A stretch of DNA of 30,796 nucleotides from a virus (IMGVR_UViG_3300035135_000026:1-30796), one strand, 5' to 3'. Counted from the first letter of the stretch, positions 8,826 to 17,548 are shown. The notes: a model not told the origin generated them from the sequence alone. Numbers and translations are program-made.

Positions 8826-9206
8826 CAATGCTTGTTGACATTGTTCGTTTTGCAAGGCAACTGTGCCATCTACATCAAAAACATTCATGCTAAATCTAGC
8901 AGTGGTATCAGCAGTAGAAATAGAACCTCTATTAGTGTTTGAGGTTGTCATGCTACCAGCCGGATTTGGTGATGTGGCACCCATTACAGCATGGGCGATG
9001 GACGACATGTTACTCGCGTAGTTCCCATACATACTGCCCTGGTCTCTGTCTGTCATAGTACTAATGTTGAAAGAATTATCTGTCTGATCATTAACTTGGT
9101 CATATATAGACCACGCCTTTGCACTGCCATTCACAACGAAATTGGTAGCCAACGAACCCGCAGTCGAGTGCGTCAGGGTATCTGCTTTTATTTCACCTAA
9201 TGCCAT
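8805..9206 (-). CDS. HGDLA-family protein, copy B2 (GSAKxW subtype)
   Basis: MALGEIKADTL...GSAKAW...SFNIS...VHGDLA; TAGGAG RBS. Confidence 0.75.
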   Translation of the reverse strand: MALGEIKADTLTHSTAGSLATNFVVNGSAKAWSIYDQVNDQTDNSFNISTMTDRDQGSMYGNYASNMSSIAHAVMGATSPNPAGSMTTSNTNRGSISTADTTARFSMNVFDVDGTVALQNEQCQQALVHGDLA

Positions 9207-9215
9207 CTACTGCTC

Positions 9216-9743
9216 CTAAGTTCCATGTACCAAGAAGCCCCAGAACTTACTAGGTATTCCTGCATTGTCATGTACTGTGATTGTTTCATCTATCTCAATG
9301 AAAGCCTCTACATAATCGCCTGACCCGTTCATCTGAATCATTGCTGTAGGCAAGGGGTAGCTGCCGTTAACAATAACGTCACTACTAAATTGAAATTGTT
9401 GACGACTGTTTTCAGAACCATTTTTATAATACATAAGGTTCATTAAGTTAAGGACAGGAGTAGTGCAGTTTACTCGTATAAAGCCACCAAACAAATACCA
9501 TCCAGCCACAGACGGCGTGTAACGATGGTTAGTGGTGTCCCAGTAACTCCCGGTATCTAGAGACACAGTTTCCCACTGAATTTTAGTAGCCGCACCACCA
9601 GACGCTGATTGGTCTGTATCTGTAGCTTGAACTGCAAATGCTACATTTCTCTTAGGCACTATTAGCCCCGTACCATTCGGCTGAATGGTTAGATTGCCGT
9701 TGGTGGAAACGCTGCTGAGTTTGTTTGTCTTTACTTCACTCAT
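9216..9743 (-). CDS. C1q/TNF-like domain fibre protein (C1)
   Basis: Start at the ATG at 9743 (ATGA overlap). AFAV...KIQWE...DTGSYWD...RYTPSVAGWYLF...GDYVE...FWGFLV matches the C1q-like pattern. Confidence 0.7.
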   Translation of the reverse strand: MSEVKTNKLSSVSTNGNLTIQPNGTGLIVPKRNVAFAVQATDTDQSASGGAATKIQWETVSLDTGSYWDTTNHRYTPSVAGWYLFGGFIRVNCTTPVLNLMNLMYYKNGSENSRQQFQFSSDVIVNGSYPLPTAMIQMNGSGDYVEAFIEIDETITVHDNAGIPSKFWGFLVHGT

Positions 9744-9760
9744 GCGAGGTCTCCGTGAAC
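9740..9760 (-). repeat. HGDLA junction repeat, copy 4
   Basis: tcatgcgaggtctccgtgaac. Confidence 0.95.
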
Positions 9761-10114
9761 AACAGAACACAAAACGTCATAGTCAGTGCTAGTGCCAGCA
9801 TCAGTTTTTGTGTTGTTTCTATATTCAGATGTTGTGATTAAACTGTTGGCTCCTAAATCAGAAAACAGAGGACTGCCATCTAATCCACAAGTATTAGTAG
9901 CAGAATAATCATCATTATTCATGTTGTTGGTAAACTGTACATCTGTTTTGCCGGGACCATCGTCTATTATATCCGCCACGTTAAAACTGTCCTGTATTGT
10001 ATGCACATTACTGATTATGGTTGCACTTAGACGACTTTTCGCTGCTTCTTGCTTCGTCAGCGTAGCTGCACCGCCGCCGGTGCTTTGGATGGTATCTGCC
10101 TTTAACGTACTCAT
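9740..10114 (-). CDS. HGDLA-family protein, copy B1 (LTKQxAAK subtype)
   Basis: MSTLKADTI...LTKQEAAKS...DSFNV...VHGDLA. Confidence 0.75.
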   Translation of the reverse strand: MSTLKADTIQSTGGGAATLTKQEAAKSRLSATIISNVHTIQDSFNVADIIDDGPGKTDVQFTNNMNNDDYSATNTCGLDGSPLFSDLGANSLITTSEYRNNTKTDAGTSTDYDVLCSVVHGDLA

Positions 10115-10566
10115 AGCGTCACCAATGTCCCGCCGCTTTCAACGGTCAGAGTCACGCCACTGGCTACAGTGAACGGGCCTGTCACGTTTGCGTTCTCAGT
10201 CGAAAGAATAGTTATGTCGGTAGTTAGACTCTGTGCGTTGGTGCGGAACAAACCGCCACCCTTGAAGTTGCCCTTGTTAGCCGCTGGCGGCGTCACGGAA
10301 CCTCGAGTCAGTCCTAAGAAGTTAATGAAGATATTGTTCGTTCCAGAGGAAGGTGCGTTTCCTGATCCAAACTCAATCGTAGTGGAGTTTGTTAGTGTAT
10401 AGGCGTTAGAATCCTGAACAACGCCATCCACAGAAACTAGGATGTCCTGAACGTCCGAGACCGCGTTGTCTAAAGTAAACGAAGTCGTGGAACCGTTGCC
10501 GCTCTCCCGCTGAACTACGGGGATGTTCTCAAAATGTGTGGCTGGTCTATTTCCAGTGTATGGCAC
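10111..10566 (-). CDS. Fibre-associated protein, MPYxG family (A1)
   Basis: GTG start after AAGGAG. MPYTGNRP...GNGSTTSFTL...VSVDGVVQ...FRTNAQSLTTDITI...VTGPFTV. Confidence 0.7.
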   Translation of the reverse strand: MPYTGNRPATHFENIPVVQRESGNGSTTSFTLDNAVSDVQDILVSVDGVVQDSNAYTLTNSTTIEFGSGNAPSSGTNNIFINFLGLTRGSVTPPAANKGNFKGGGLFRTNAQSLTTDITILSTENANVTGPFTVASGVTLTVESGGTLVTL

Positions 10567-10577
10567 AATGCGCTCCT

Positions 10578-10904
10578 TTAGCTACTGATCGCATCCACTG
10601 CGGAAACCCACACATCCACAGAGTCCGCTGCACTTGACTGAACCTTCAAAGCATCCCCTGATTGCAGGACGATTTTAGCGCCACCATCCAAAACCTGTAG
10701 AGCTGATGCCGCCGGTATCGGAGCATCTTCGACAAGATAGTAGTCGTTTGAACTTACTGTCACAAACACCTTAACAGTAATTTGAGAAGTAGTGGTGTTA
10801 GCTAAGTTGATGCCAACCAATGTGTCGTTTGAATCTGACGTATGTATCGCAACTGCTGAAGTGCCTACGTTTCTTGCGATATAGCGTTTAAAGTCCTGTG
10901 CCAT
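10578..10904 (-). CDS. Conserved small tail-associated protein
   Basis: MAQDFK...NLAN...APIP....L....KIVLQSGDAL; beta-rich; good RBS. Confidence 0.65.
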   Translation of the reverse strand: MAQDFKRYIARNVGTSAVAIHTSDSNDTLVGINLANTTTSQITVKVFVTVSSNDYYLVEDAPIPAASALQVLDGGAKIVLQSGDALKVQSSAADSVDVWVSAVDAISS

Positions 10905-10913
10905 TACCTTCTC

Positions 10914-11600
10914 CTAAAGGGCTATCGCCATTGCGATAGCAAACCCCGCTGTCGCTCCTGATGTTCCGCTTGACGCCGATGTCACCCTTCCATCAGCCGC
11001 TACAGTTATACTCGCGTTTGTATAGCTACCAGCCGAGACCCCTGAATTTGCGATATCCGTTGTGATTGACACGTTGCCTAAGTTGGTCATCGCGCTAGCA
11101 CTAGAGGTCACATCCCCAGCCAGCGTAATCGTTGGACTCTTTTCTACGGTGACGCCGCTCTCAATGGTGCCACTAGACAGCGTCAAACTAGAGAAAGCGT
11201 CTACCGCCGCCCCAGATCCATCCGTGTAGATGACCTTTGTTTCACCGTTTGGAATCGACGGATTAGTGCCGGAACTGACGATTTCAATCGTCTGGCTACC
11301 AGAGGTAGCGTTCTCAATGAACCAGATTTTGGAAACTGTGCTTGGCGCAAGCGTAACCGTCCGCGTGGCTGTTAGGCTTACCCCAGAGGTGATCTTCAAG
11401 TACATCGCACGGACACCGTCCGCCGCGCCGTCCGCCATTGTGATCGTGCTATTAGCATCACTGGCTATCGCTTCTGTGCCATAGCCAAAGGCATCAGCGA
11501 TAAGCTCGAGATTCGTATTCGTAGTCTGGCCCCAGGTGCCTGACTGTTCGCCGTCAGCAATCTCTTCAAGACGAAGGTTGTTTACATATGTACTCGCCAT
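10914..11600 (-). CDS. Proximal tail fibre / baseplate-anchoring protein
   Basis: MASTY..NLRLE....GEQSGTWG.TTNTNL, a SGVSAGSYTNASITV..DGRVTSAS fibre repeat, and C-terminal AGFAIAMAIAL. Confidence 0.65.
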   Translation of the reverse strand: MASTYVNNLRLEEIADGEQSGTWGQTTNTNLELIADAFGYGTEAIASDANSTITMADGAADGVRAMYLKITSGVSLTATRTVTLAPSTVSKIWFIENATSGSQTIEIVSSGTNPSIPNGETKVIYTDGSGAAVDAFSSLTLSSGTIESGVTVEKSPTITLAGDVTSSASAMTNLGNVSITTDIANSGVSAGSYTNASITVAADGRVTSASSGTSGATAGFAIAMAIAL

Positions 11601-11607
11601 TCATGCC

Positions 11608-14202
11608 TCACGCTGCTATGTCTTCCCAGTTATCGCTAACCCCTGTAGTGATAGTGCTCCAAGACGGAGACTGACTTGGCGACACAGCACTCCAAGATGG
11701 TGACTGACTCGGAACAATCTGGCTCCATACCAAGACAGACCCAACTTGGCCTGTTCCGACTATACCAGTAGCCGGCACATTTGCCAATCCCGTGACAGTT
11801 ACCGAACCCAGTCCACTTTGAAGGGCATCTGAAGTGACCTGAACATCTGCCGACGCAAGTGCAACAGCGGTTCCCTGCGATGCCGTCAGGCCAATGCCCG
11901 TAACATCTATATTGTTGTTGGTAACTAGAGAAACTTCTCCAACAGATGCTGTGGCCTCTATTCCTGTGGCAGGAACATTGGCCTCGCCAACAACGGTTAC
12001 AGAGTTGAGCGATCCTGTGGCCTCTTCTCCCGTGAGAACCACAGTAATACCAATAACAACTGTGGTGCTTCCTATCTGTCCGGTGGCGTCTTCGCCAGTA
12101 ACGGAAACAATGGCTTGAGCATCTACTGTTACAGAATCAACCTCGCCGGTTCCTTCTGCGCCGGTGACATCTATGTTGTTGTTGCTTACAGGGACAACGG
12201 AACCAACTTCACCCGTGGCTTCCAAACCAGTCTCAGGAACATTAGCATCCGCTGTAACGGTTTCATCACCAACTTCACCTGTGGCTTCTGAACCAGAAAC
12301 CGCTACATTTGCCGCCGCTACAACAGTTTCATCACCAACGGCGGAGGTGGCTTCCTCACCGGTGACATCTATGTTGTTGTTACTTACAGGGACAACCGAG
12401 CCAACGGCGGCGGTTGCCTCCTCACCAGTCTGCACTAGGATCTGTTGAGTAGTGACGGTTTCATCACCAACTTCGCCTGTGGCTTCTGATCCACTGACAG
12501 CGACCACAGCGGCGGCGTCTACGGTGACAGAGCCAACGCCAGAGCTAGCCTCCAATCCGGTCTCAGGAACAACCGCACCAGCGTCTATAGTGACAGAGCC
12601 GACCTCACCCGTTCCTTCTACACCGGTGACGGCGACGTTGAAGATCACTCTTACAGTAACCGAGCCAACTGCACCGGTGCCTTCGGATCCGGTAACAGAC
12701 AGGTTCTGTGCGGTGCTTAGAGTAACAGTGCCTACAGCGGAGGTAGCTTCAGATCCAGTAACAGAAACAACCGCAGCGGCAGAAGTCTGACCGCCAAAGT
12801 TACGAAGACCAAAAAGATTGGATTCTCTGTCACTACTGTCGTCTTCTACTACAGCGCCGACAGGCACCTCTGAAACAAACCGCATACCCGCCGTTAAATC
12901 GTAACTCTTCGCGTTTGGTGAGAGATTACTGTCGGTTGTAGAGTCGGAGATAAGCTGGAATTTAGTCGGGAAGTCTGATCCAGTGTTACTTGTCGCAAGC
13001 TGTATTGTATCTATGAGTGTGCCGCTACTATTGTAGACCTCGATGTTGCGGCCATTCGTACCTGGCGCACCGATGAAGTTAACAAATTCAGCCGCTTCTA
13101 TGAGTCTGAACTCGTGAGCGAAACAGCCCTCCGGTATAAAACTGGTTTTTTCACCGCCGTCACTGTCCGCAATGCTGAATGCCGCAGAGGCTTTAGCGGT
13201 TTGATATCTATTACTTGGCCCTGTAAAGTCTGTACCCGCAGCAAAACTGGTAAGAACCGTGCTTATCGTGGAACTGACACTACTTCCATCACTAGCAAAT
13301 CTTGTGAAGGTTTGTGCCGTTCCACCATACCCGTCCACCAAAACCGCTGCTGCACTGCCAGAGGCAAAACCGTAAAGGAAGTCGGTGCTTGCAGGGAACG
13401 CTGGCCTGCTATCGCCAGACAAGCTAGTGCCGCGTGTCTTAAAGACAATAATCGGCAAGTCTGAAAATACGGTGTATTCAGGGTCAGAAGTATCGTCAGC
13501 GTAGGATTGCGTTGTGGTCGCGGTGCTACCGACACTCAAGGTTGTGGTCGATACTCCGTCCTTGAATATCTCTACCGATGCTGTGCCATACAAGGCACGC
13601 ATCTGTAGTACAAAACCCGTTCTTGTATTACGGAAACCAAACGAAGTGCCCGCCCAAGAGGTCGGCACACCAACAGTTTGGTTGTCCCCACTTTGAAGCG
13701 TAATCGGCTTGTCTGCCGATATGATCTTGTTTTCATAGTTCGACGCGGAGACGGTAAGTGTGCCACCTGCCGAACTTATTGTGCCAAGAGATGACCCGTC
13801 AGCCGAAACTGTTGTGCTAGCCTCAAAGGCCATAACAGTTATGTTGGGATCATCAGTGTCTGTAGGTACGAAGTATTCGGCGTTGAGGGCGCCGCCTAGC
13901 TCTGGGTTGCCTTGAGCCGCAAATCCAACAACGGAAACCCCTGCATTCGCGGCAACCGTTACGCTACCAACCGAACCAGTAGCCTCTAGACCGGTCTCAG
14001 AAACATTGGCAGCGCCGGTTACGGTTACAGAACCTACACCTGATGTGGCCTCTAAGCCCGTTTCTGGGACATTAGCTTCTGCATCAACGGTTACGCTACC
14101 ATCATTTGCGGTAGCCGAAACTCCAGACGCAACAACAGGTAAGGGGGAGTTCCACGCCCCTTCGGACCATGAACCCCGACCCCAACCTGTTATGTTAGCC
14201 AT
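11608..14202 (-). CDS. 864-aa virion protein with 22-aa beta repeats and an inserted globular domain
   Basis: GWGRGSW N-terminus, 3 plus about 16 repeats of xTGxEATxxVGxVTV (22-aa period), a ~370-aa non-repetitive insert, and an SQSPSW tail. Confidence 0.8.
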   Translation of the reverse strand: MANITGWGRGSWSEGAWNSPLPVVASGVSATANDGSVTVDAEANVPETGLEATSGVGSVTVTGAANVSETGLEATGSVGSVTVAANAGVSVVGFAAQGNPELGGALNAEYFVPTDTDDPNITVMAFEASTTVSADGSSLGTISSAGGTLTVSASNYENKIISADKPITLQSGDNQTVGVPTSWAGTSFGFRNTRTGFVLQMRALYGTASVEIFKDGVSTTTLSVGSTATTTQSYADDTSDPEYTVFSDLPIIVFKTRGTSLSGDSRPAFPASTDFLYGFASGSAAAVLVDGYGGTAQTFTRFASDGSSVSSTISTVLTSFAAGTDFTGPSNRYQTAKASAAFSIADSDGGEKTSFIPEGCFAHEFRLIEAAEFVNFIGAPGTNGRNIEVYNSSGTLIDTIQLATSNTGSDFPTKFQLISDSTTDSNLSPNAKSYDLTAGMRFVSEVPVGAVVEDDSSDRESNLFGLRNFGGQTSAAAVVSVTGSEATSAVGTVTLSTAQNLSVTGSEGTGAVGSVTVRVIFNVAVTGVEGTGEVGSVTIDAGAVVPETGLEASSGVGSVTVDAAAVVAVSGSEATGEVGDETVTTQQILVQTGEEATAAVGSVVPVSNNNIDVTGEEATSAVGDETVVAAANVAVSGSEATGEVGDETVTADANVPETGLEATGEVGSVVPVSNNNIDVTGAEGTGEVDSVTVDAQAIVSVTGEDATGQIGSTTVVIGITVVLTGEEATGSLNSVTVVGEANVPATGIEATASVGEVSLVTNNNIDVTGIGLTASQGTAVALASADVQVTSDALQSGLGSVTVTGLANVPATGIVGTGQVGSVLVWSQIVPSQSPSWSAVSPSQSPSWSTITTGVSDNWEDIAA
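12161..12405. repeat. Near-identical ~47-bp intragenic duplication, 198 bp apart
   Basis: ccggtgacatctatgttgttgtt(g/a)cttacagggacaac at 12161 and 12359; the spacing equals three 22-codon units. Confidence 0.85.
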
Positions 14203-14218
14203 AGGAGACTCCTACAGC

Positions 14219-14668
14219 TTACGCAATGCGGATGATTGCGTTACTTGCGTCAGCCGTTGGGAACTGAATCGTAAAGTCACCTGCCGTGGAGGTCTTGTCT
14301 CCACCAAAAGCAAGGATGATTACTGCATCAGTTGTGCCCGATCCGCCACCAGTAGTGGTGTTGTAGATCATCGCACCGTTTGCAGTGACAGTAGCGGTGC
14401 TAAATGTCAGATCTGCAAAATCGGTAATAGCTGTAGTGGTGCCAGTTGGGATAGTCGGCGTGACATTAGTCAATGTACCGCCACCCGCACTGTAACCCGT
14501 GCCAGACGCCTCGTTTGAGGTAGAGTAGTCTGTTGTAGCTGCACCAAGAGATGCAGAACTGGTAAACAGAGCAAGTTTGAACGTATGACCGCTCGAGGTG
14601 GTGAAATTGTGCTTACCTTGAAGCAGTTCCTGCTTGAAGGATGTGCACATCGCTTGTGTGATAGCCAT
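14219..14668 (-). CDS. Conserved tail-associated structural protein
   Basis: MAITQAMCTSFKQELL.G.HNF...FKLALFTSSA...GYSAGG.TL...GA.IYN...FGGDKTST.GDFTIQFP...AIIRIA. Confidence 0.75.
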   Translation of the reverse strand: MAITQAMCTSFKQELLQGKHNFTTSSGHTFKLALFTSSASLGAATTDYSTSNEASGTGYSAGGGTLTNVTPTIPTGTTTAITDFADLTFSTATVTANGAMIYNTTTGGGSGTTDAVIILAFGGDKTSTAGDFTIQFPTADASNAIIRIA

Positions 14669-14962
14669 TTAAAGCCTCCTTATTGCTTCAGCTAACTGCG
14701 GATGCCCTGCATCCCTCAACGCATTATACACGGTTGTTCTATCACTACGAATAGCCTCCCGCATATAAAAAGCCACAACGGTTTCCATGTGCTTTTGAAA
14801 CGCTCTGGCTTGATCTCGGATACCTGGATGAGCGGTATCCGAAACTGAAATTAATTTTGCTACGCATCGTTCAGCAACCTCTTCAGGCGTCCAACCACGA
14901 GATTCCGTAGTATGAACCGATACAATCGGAGTTTCTGGAACGTCTAGATCTAGCTTAAACAT
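14669..14962 (-). CDS. Conserved hypothetical phage protein
   Basis: 97 aa with RGWTPEE and IRDQARAF motifs; TAATG coupling. Confidence 0.7.
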   Translation of the reverse strand: MFKLDLDVPETPIVSVHTTESRGWTPEEVAERCVAKLISVSDTAHPGIRDQARAFQKHMETVVAFYMREAIRSDRTTVYNALRDAGHPQLAEAIRRL

Positions 14963-15606
14963 TAGGTTTTCTCTCTAATTATCAGACCTTCTCGGTAGGC
15001 ATCCGTTGTTTCCAAAGCCTCACCGAAGTTTTTCAGACGAATCAACGCCTGTTGAAACTGCTGATTGTAGTTTTGAAGAACATCAGCTTCACCCTTCATA
15101 AAGGTATAAGCCTCTATCAGGGAGCCATACAACAGTGTCATAGGGGCGTTTGTACTTAACCAAGTGCTTCCGCTACTTGATTGAGCGGTTAAACTGGCAG
15201 GACGATAGGTATAGTGCAGCTCCGCTGTGAACGCCGCATTGGGAGTAGGCGACAGCATGAAATTGTTGATGTCAAAGAAGGCGTAATACTTTGGAACACC
15301 TGTAGCGCCGGTGGGGTTGTACTCCTGCAAGTAGTTGACATCCTTGTACAGTAGGAACTCTTTGCTACCACTGTTTGTGATGGACAACGAATACGGCGCT
15401 AGAAAATCGCTAGGGCAAGTAAGAAACTGATTGGAGGATGTGGTTGTGCCCGTCTGATTCTTGCGGAAGAACGTCAACGCCACGCTCTTCAAGATGCGCT
15501 CTTCAGCCTCGACAATGAAGGTGTCTAGGTTGTTTACAAACGTAGTCTCTTGATTCTCACAGTAGTCTTGAATCGTTTGTTTTAGTTCGCTGAATGTAAA
15601 TGCCAT
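14962..15606 (-). CDS. Head-tail adaptor-like protein 2
   Basis: EL...IQDY.E...FI..AEERI, G.PKYYA, PTP, LLYGSL.EAY.FMKG; the pattern fits phage adaptor/connector proteins. Confidence 0.65.
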   Translation of the reverse strand: MAFTFSELKQTIQDYCENQETTFVNNLDTFIVEAEERILKSVALTFFRKNQTGTTTSSNQFLTCPSDFLAPYSLSITNSGSKEFLLYKDVNYLQEYNPTGATGVPKYYAFFDINNFMLSPTPNAAFTAELHYTYRPASLTAQSSSGSTWLSTNAPMTLLYGSLIEAYTFMKGEADVLQNYNQQFQQALIRLKNFGEALETTDAYREGLIIREKT

Positions 15607-15906
15607 TTAAACCACCACTGTGACGAATCCTACGCCGCCAATCATTTGCGCCTTATCCACTGGCGGAAAGACGTTATTGCCAACCGGAACGAATACATGG
15701 CCCTTTCCTGTATCAGGTCTAGGGTCGCGGAGAGCTTGTGGATCAACGACTCTACGTCTCGGATCAAGCTGCGGATGTTTCGCCTCAAATTCATCAGAAC
15801 CTACCTTCAGGCCGTTCCATTCTACCCGCATGTCACGAAGACGATAACGAAACCCAGATCTATCTGAGAGTCCGTATGCGTCTCTGCCTGAAGCATAGTT
15901 GCCCAT
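15607..15906 (-). CDS. Conserved hypothetical protein in the neck region
   Basis: YASG..A..LSDRSGFRY...E.KHPQL...QALRDPRPD. Confidence 0.7.
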   Translation of the reverse strand: MGNYASGRDAYGLSDRSGFRYRLRDMRVEWNGLKVGSDEFEAKHPQLDPRRRVVDPQALRDPRPDTGKGHVFVPVGNNVFPPVDKAQMIGGVGFVTVVV

Positions 15907-16571
15907 TACACCCTCAGATACTGGATATCAGGCTGTAGCTTCAAAGACACTCGATCTTCATCCTCGTCAGCGGCTCGTTGAAACTCCTCTTCATAAACAT
16001 TCTTTAAAAGCTGAATACGCTCCGGCGCCTTCTTCAGAGCGATGTAATACGCCATGCCGGCAACCGCACAAGGCAAGAACCGGAAGGGCAACTCAACATT
16101 GTTCGTCAGCGCGTCCGCATCTTCTATCCGCCGGAGATAGTAGTATACGATCTGATCCGTGCTGTTTTCTGGTGTCGGCCAAAGCGTGATCTGTGGCGTG
16201 ATCTGCCGGTTGAAGAAGAACTGAGAAGGGCGACCTTGTGTCGTTTTGTTAGGAATTGACAGATAGTCGCCACGACTCAATCGAGTCAAATCAAAGTCTG
16301 TGTTACTGCGCCGTAGAACAACCTCAAGAAGATCTACAACATCTGCACCTAGAGTTTCAGTCGCTTGATTGTTTGTAAGCGTTATCGTTGCTTGCCTGAC
16401 CGTCCAAAGGTTTACCCCTCTGTTCGCCCAATCTGCAAACATCAGATTCATAGAGCGACGGGCTGTTCGCGCATCGTAACCAGTGCGAACCTCTAGCCCA
16501 CAACGCTCATACGCCTCTTCTATGATGTCCGAAACATCAAGATCGAAATCTCTAGAGTTAGATGTTGCCAT
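15906..16571 (-). CDS. Head-tail adaptor-like protein 1
   Basis: IIEEAYERCG...GYD.RTARRS.NLMFADWANRG.NLWT, IPNKTTQGRPSQ, LWPTP, PFRFLP...AG.AYY. Confidence 0.7.
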   Translation of the reverse strand: MATSNSRDFDLDVSDIIEEAYERCGLEVRTGYDARTARRSMNLMFADWANRGVNLWTVRQATITLTNNQATETLGADVVDLLEVVLRRSNTDFDLTRLSRGDYLSIPNKTTQGRPSQFFFNRQITPQITLWPTPENSTDQIVYYYLRRIEDADALTNNVELPFRFLPCAVAGMAYYIALKKAPERIQLLKNVYEEEFQRAADEDEDRVSLKLQPDIQYLRV

Positions 16572-16577
16572 ATCAGC

Positions 16578-16733
16578 TTATCTCTTTGACTTGACCCGTC
16601 CGCCGCTACGGAAGCCGGCTTTTTTCTTTTTAGCAACCATCCCGCCGCCACGAAGCATTACCTTCTTGCGAACAGAACCGCCGCCTCTCATCATCTTCTT
16701 GCCGTTTTTCATTCTCTTCATTGCACCTGGCAT
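16578..16733 (-). CDS. Tiny, highly basic protein with three RxGGxV repeats (51 aa)
   Basis: Not in the track. Hand translation: MPGAMKRMKNGKKMMRGGGSVRKKVMLRGGGMVAKKKKAGFRSGGRVKSKR. AGGAG RBS; fills the gap before the adaptor gene. Confidence 0.75.
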   Translation of the reverse strand: MPGAMKRMKNGKKMMRGGGSVRKKVMLRGGGMVAKKKKAGFRSGGRVKSKR

Positions 16734-17266
16734 TTCAATCTCCTGTAATAGTCCTGCCGCTGCTGGTATAGAGAAGAACCGTCATAATAGTCTTCACAAG
16801 TATTATAGTAGCCCTTCTCTCTCAACTGATCCGAAGCCTCTTGCAACTTACTTAACCGTTGCAAGAAAATCATCGCATAAGGCTCTTCGTCAGTCATTTC
16901 TATCTCATCGTCCAAAAGATCGTTGTCTTCTGCCTCTGGGTGAAACCCCATCAAGAACATGTCTTTAGTAGCAAATACACCCTCTGCAATATCTTTGTTC
17001 ATATCATCTAAAAAAGCATACATATCATCTAGTTCTGGGTAACAATGATCCACCAATATGATCACTTCCTTTGAGTCATCCCAGTCTTCTACAGCCAAAT
17101 ACAAGCTGTCCCAATCTTCTGTGTCCTTAAACAAAAACCCCACTTTGTCTTCAGCCCAAGCCTTACGAGCAAAAGGACAAGCTGGCAAGCCGTTGTAGTT
17201 CTCGTTTGTCTTCTCCAAGACAGAAGCCGACCACCTCTTCAACTCTTGAATCACAGACTCTTGCAT
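16718..17266 (-). CDS. Acidic protein, DUF1415-like
   Basis: PACPFARKA, MGFHP and EPY motifs recall the CPFA, FHP and PY motifs of DUF1415. Strongly acidic. Confidence 0.55.
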   Translation of the reverse strand: MQESVIQELKRWSASVLEKTNENYNGLPACPFARKAWAEDKVGFLFKDTEDWDSLYLAVEDWDDSKEVIILVDHCYPELDDMYAFLDDMNKDIAEGVFATKDMFLMGFHPEAEDNDLLDDEIEMTDEEPYAMIFLQRLSKLQEASDQLREKGYYNTCEDYYDGSSLYQQRQDYYRRLKCQVQ

Positions 17267-17269
17267 CAA

Positions 17270-17548
17270 CTACTTCTTCTTTCTTCTAACCGCCTTAACG
17301 CGGCGTGGCTTGCCGGCAGGTTGGCCCAGCCGTTTCTTTTGAGAAATCCTACTTCTTTTCTCTTTTGCGGACAGTTCTTTGGTTGTTTTAGGGGTCTTGG
17401 ATGATACCCGCTTAGACGGGCGACAATAAGGAACACCACGTTTTTCGCCCTTCTTCCTGCCGCACGGCTTGCCTGTACGGACATCTTTCCATTCTTCCTT
17501 AAACCACCGCTTGAGCGCCGCCCCCTTCTTTGTCTTACGAACTGCCAT
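17270..17548 (-). CDS. Basic protein, DUF5872-like
   Basis: LKRWFKEEWKDV.TGKPCGR...PYCRPSKRVSSKTPKT; K/R-rich. Confidence 0.65.
   Translation of the reverse strand: MAVRKTKKGAALKRWFKEEWKDVRTGKPCGRKKGEKRGVPYCRPSKRVSSKTPKTTKELSAKEKRSRISQKKRLGQPAGKPRRVKAVRRKKK

Noticed and set aside
5487-9760. HGDLA repeats as a CRISPR array, integron attC sites or DGR template/variable repeats
   Set aside because: Spacing is 0.9 to 2.4 kb, the repeats are coding and non-palindromic, there is no adenine-specific mismatch pair, and no cas, integrase or reverse transcriptase gene is in the window.
14201-14215. Small hairpin TAGGA-GTC-TCCTA covering the RBS of the 864-aa gene
   Set aside because: A 5-bp stem with a 3-nt loop is too weak to call without conservation data.
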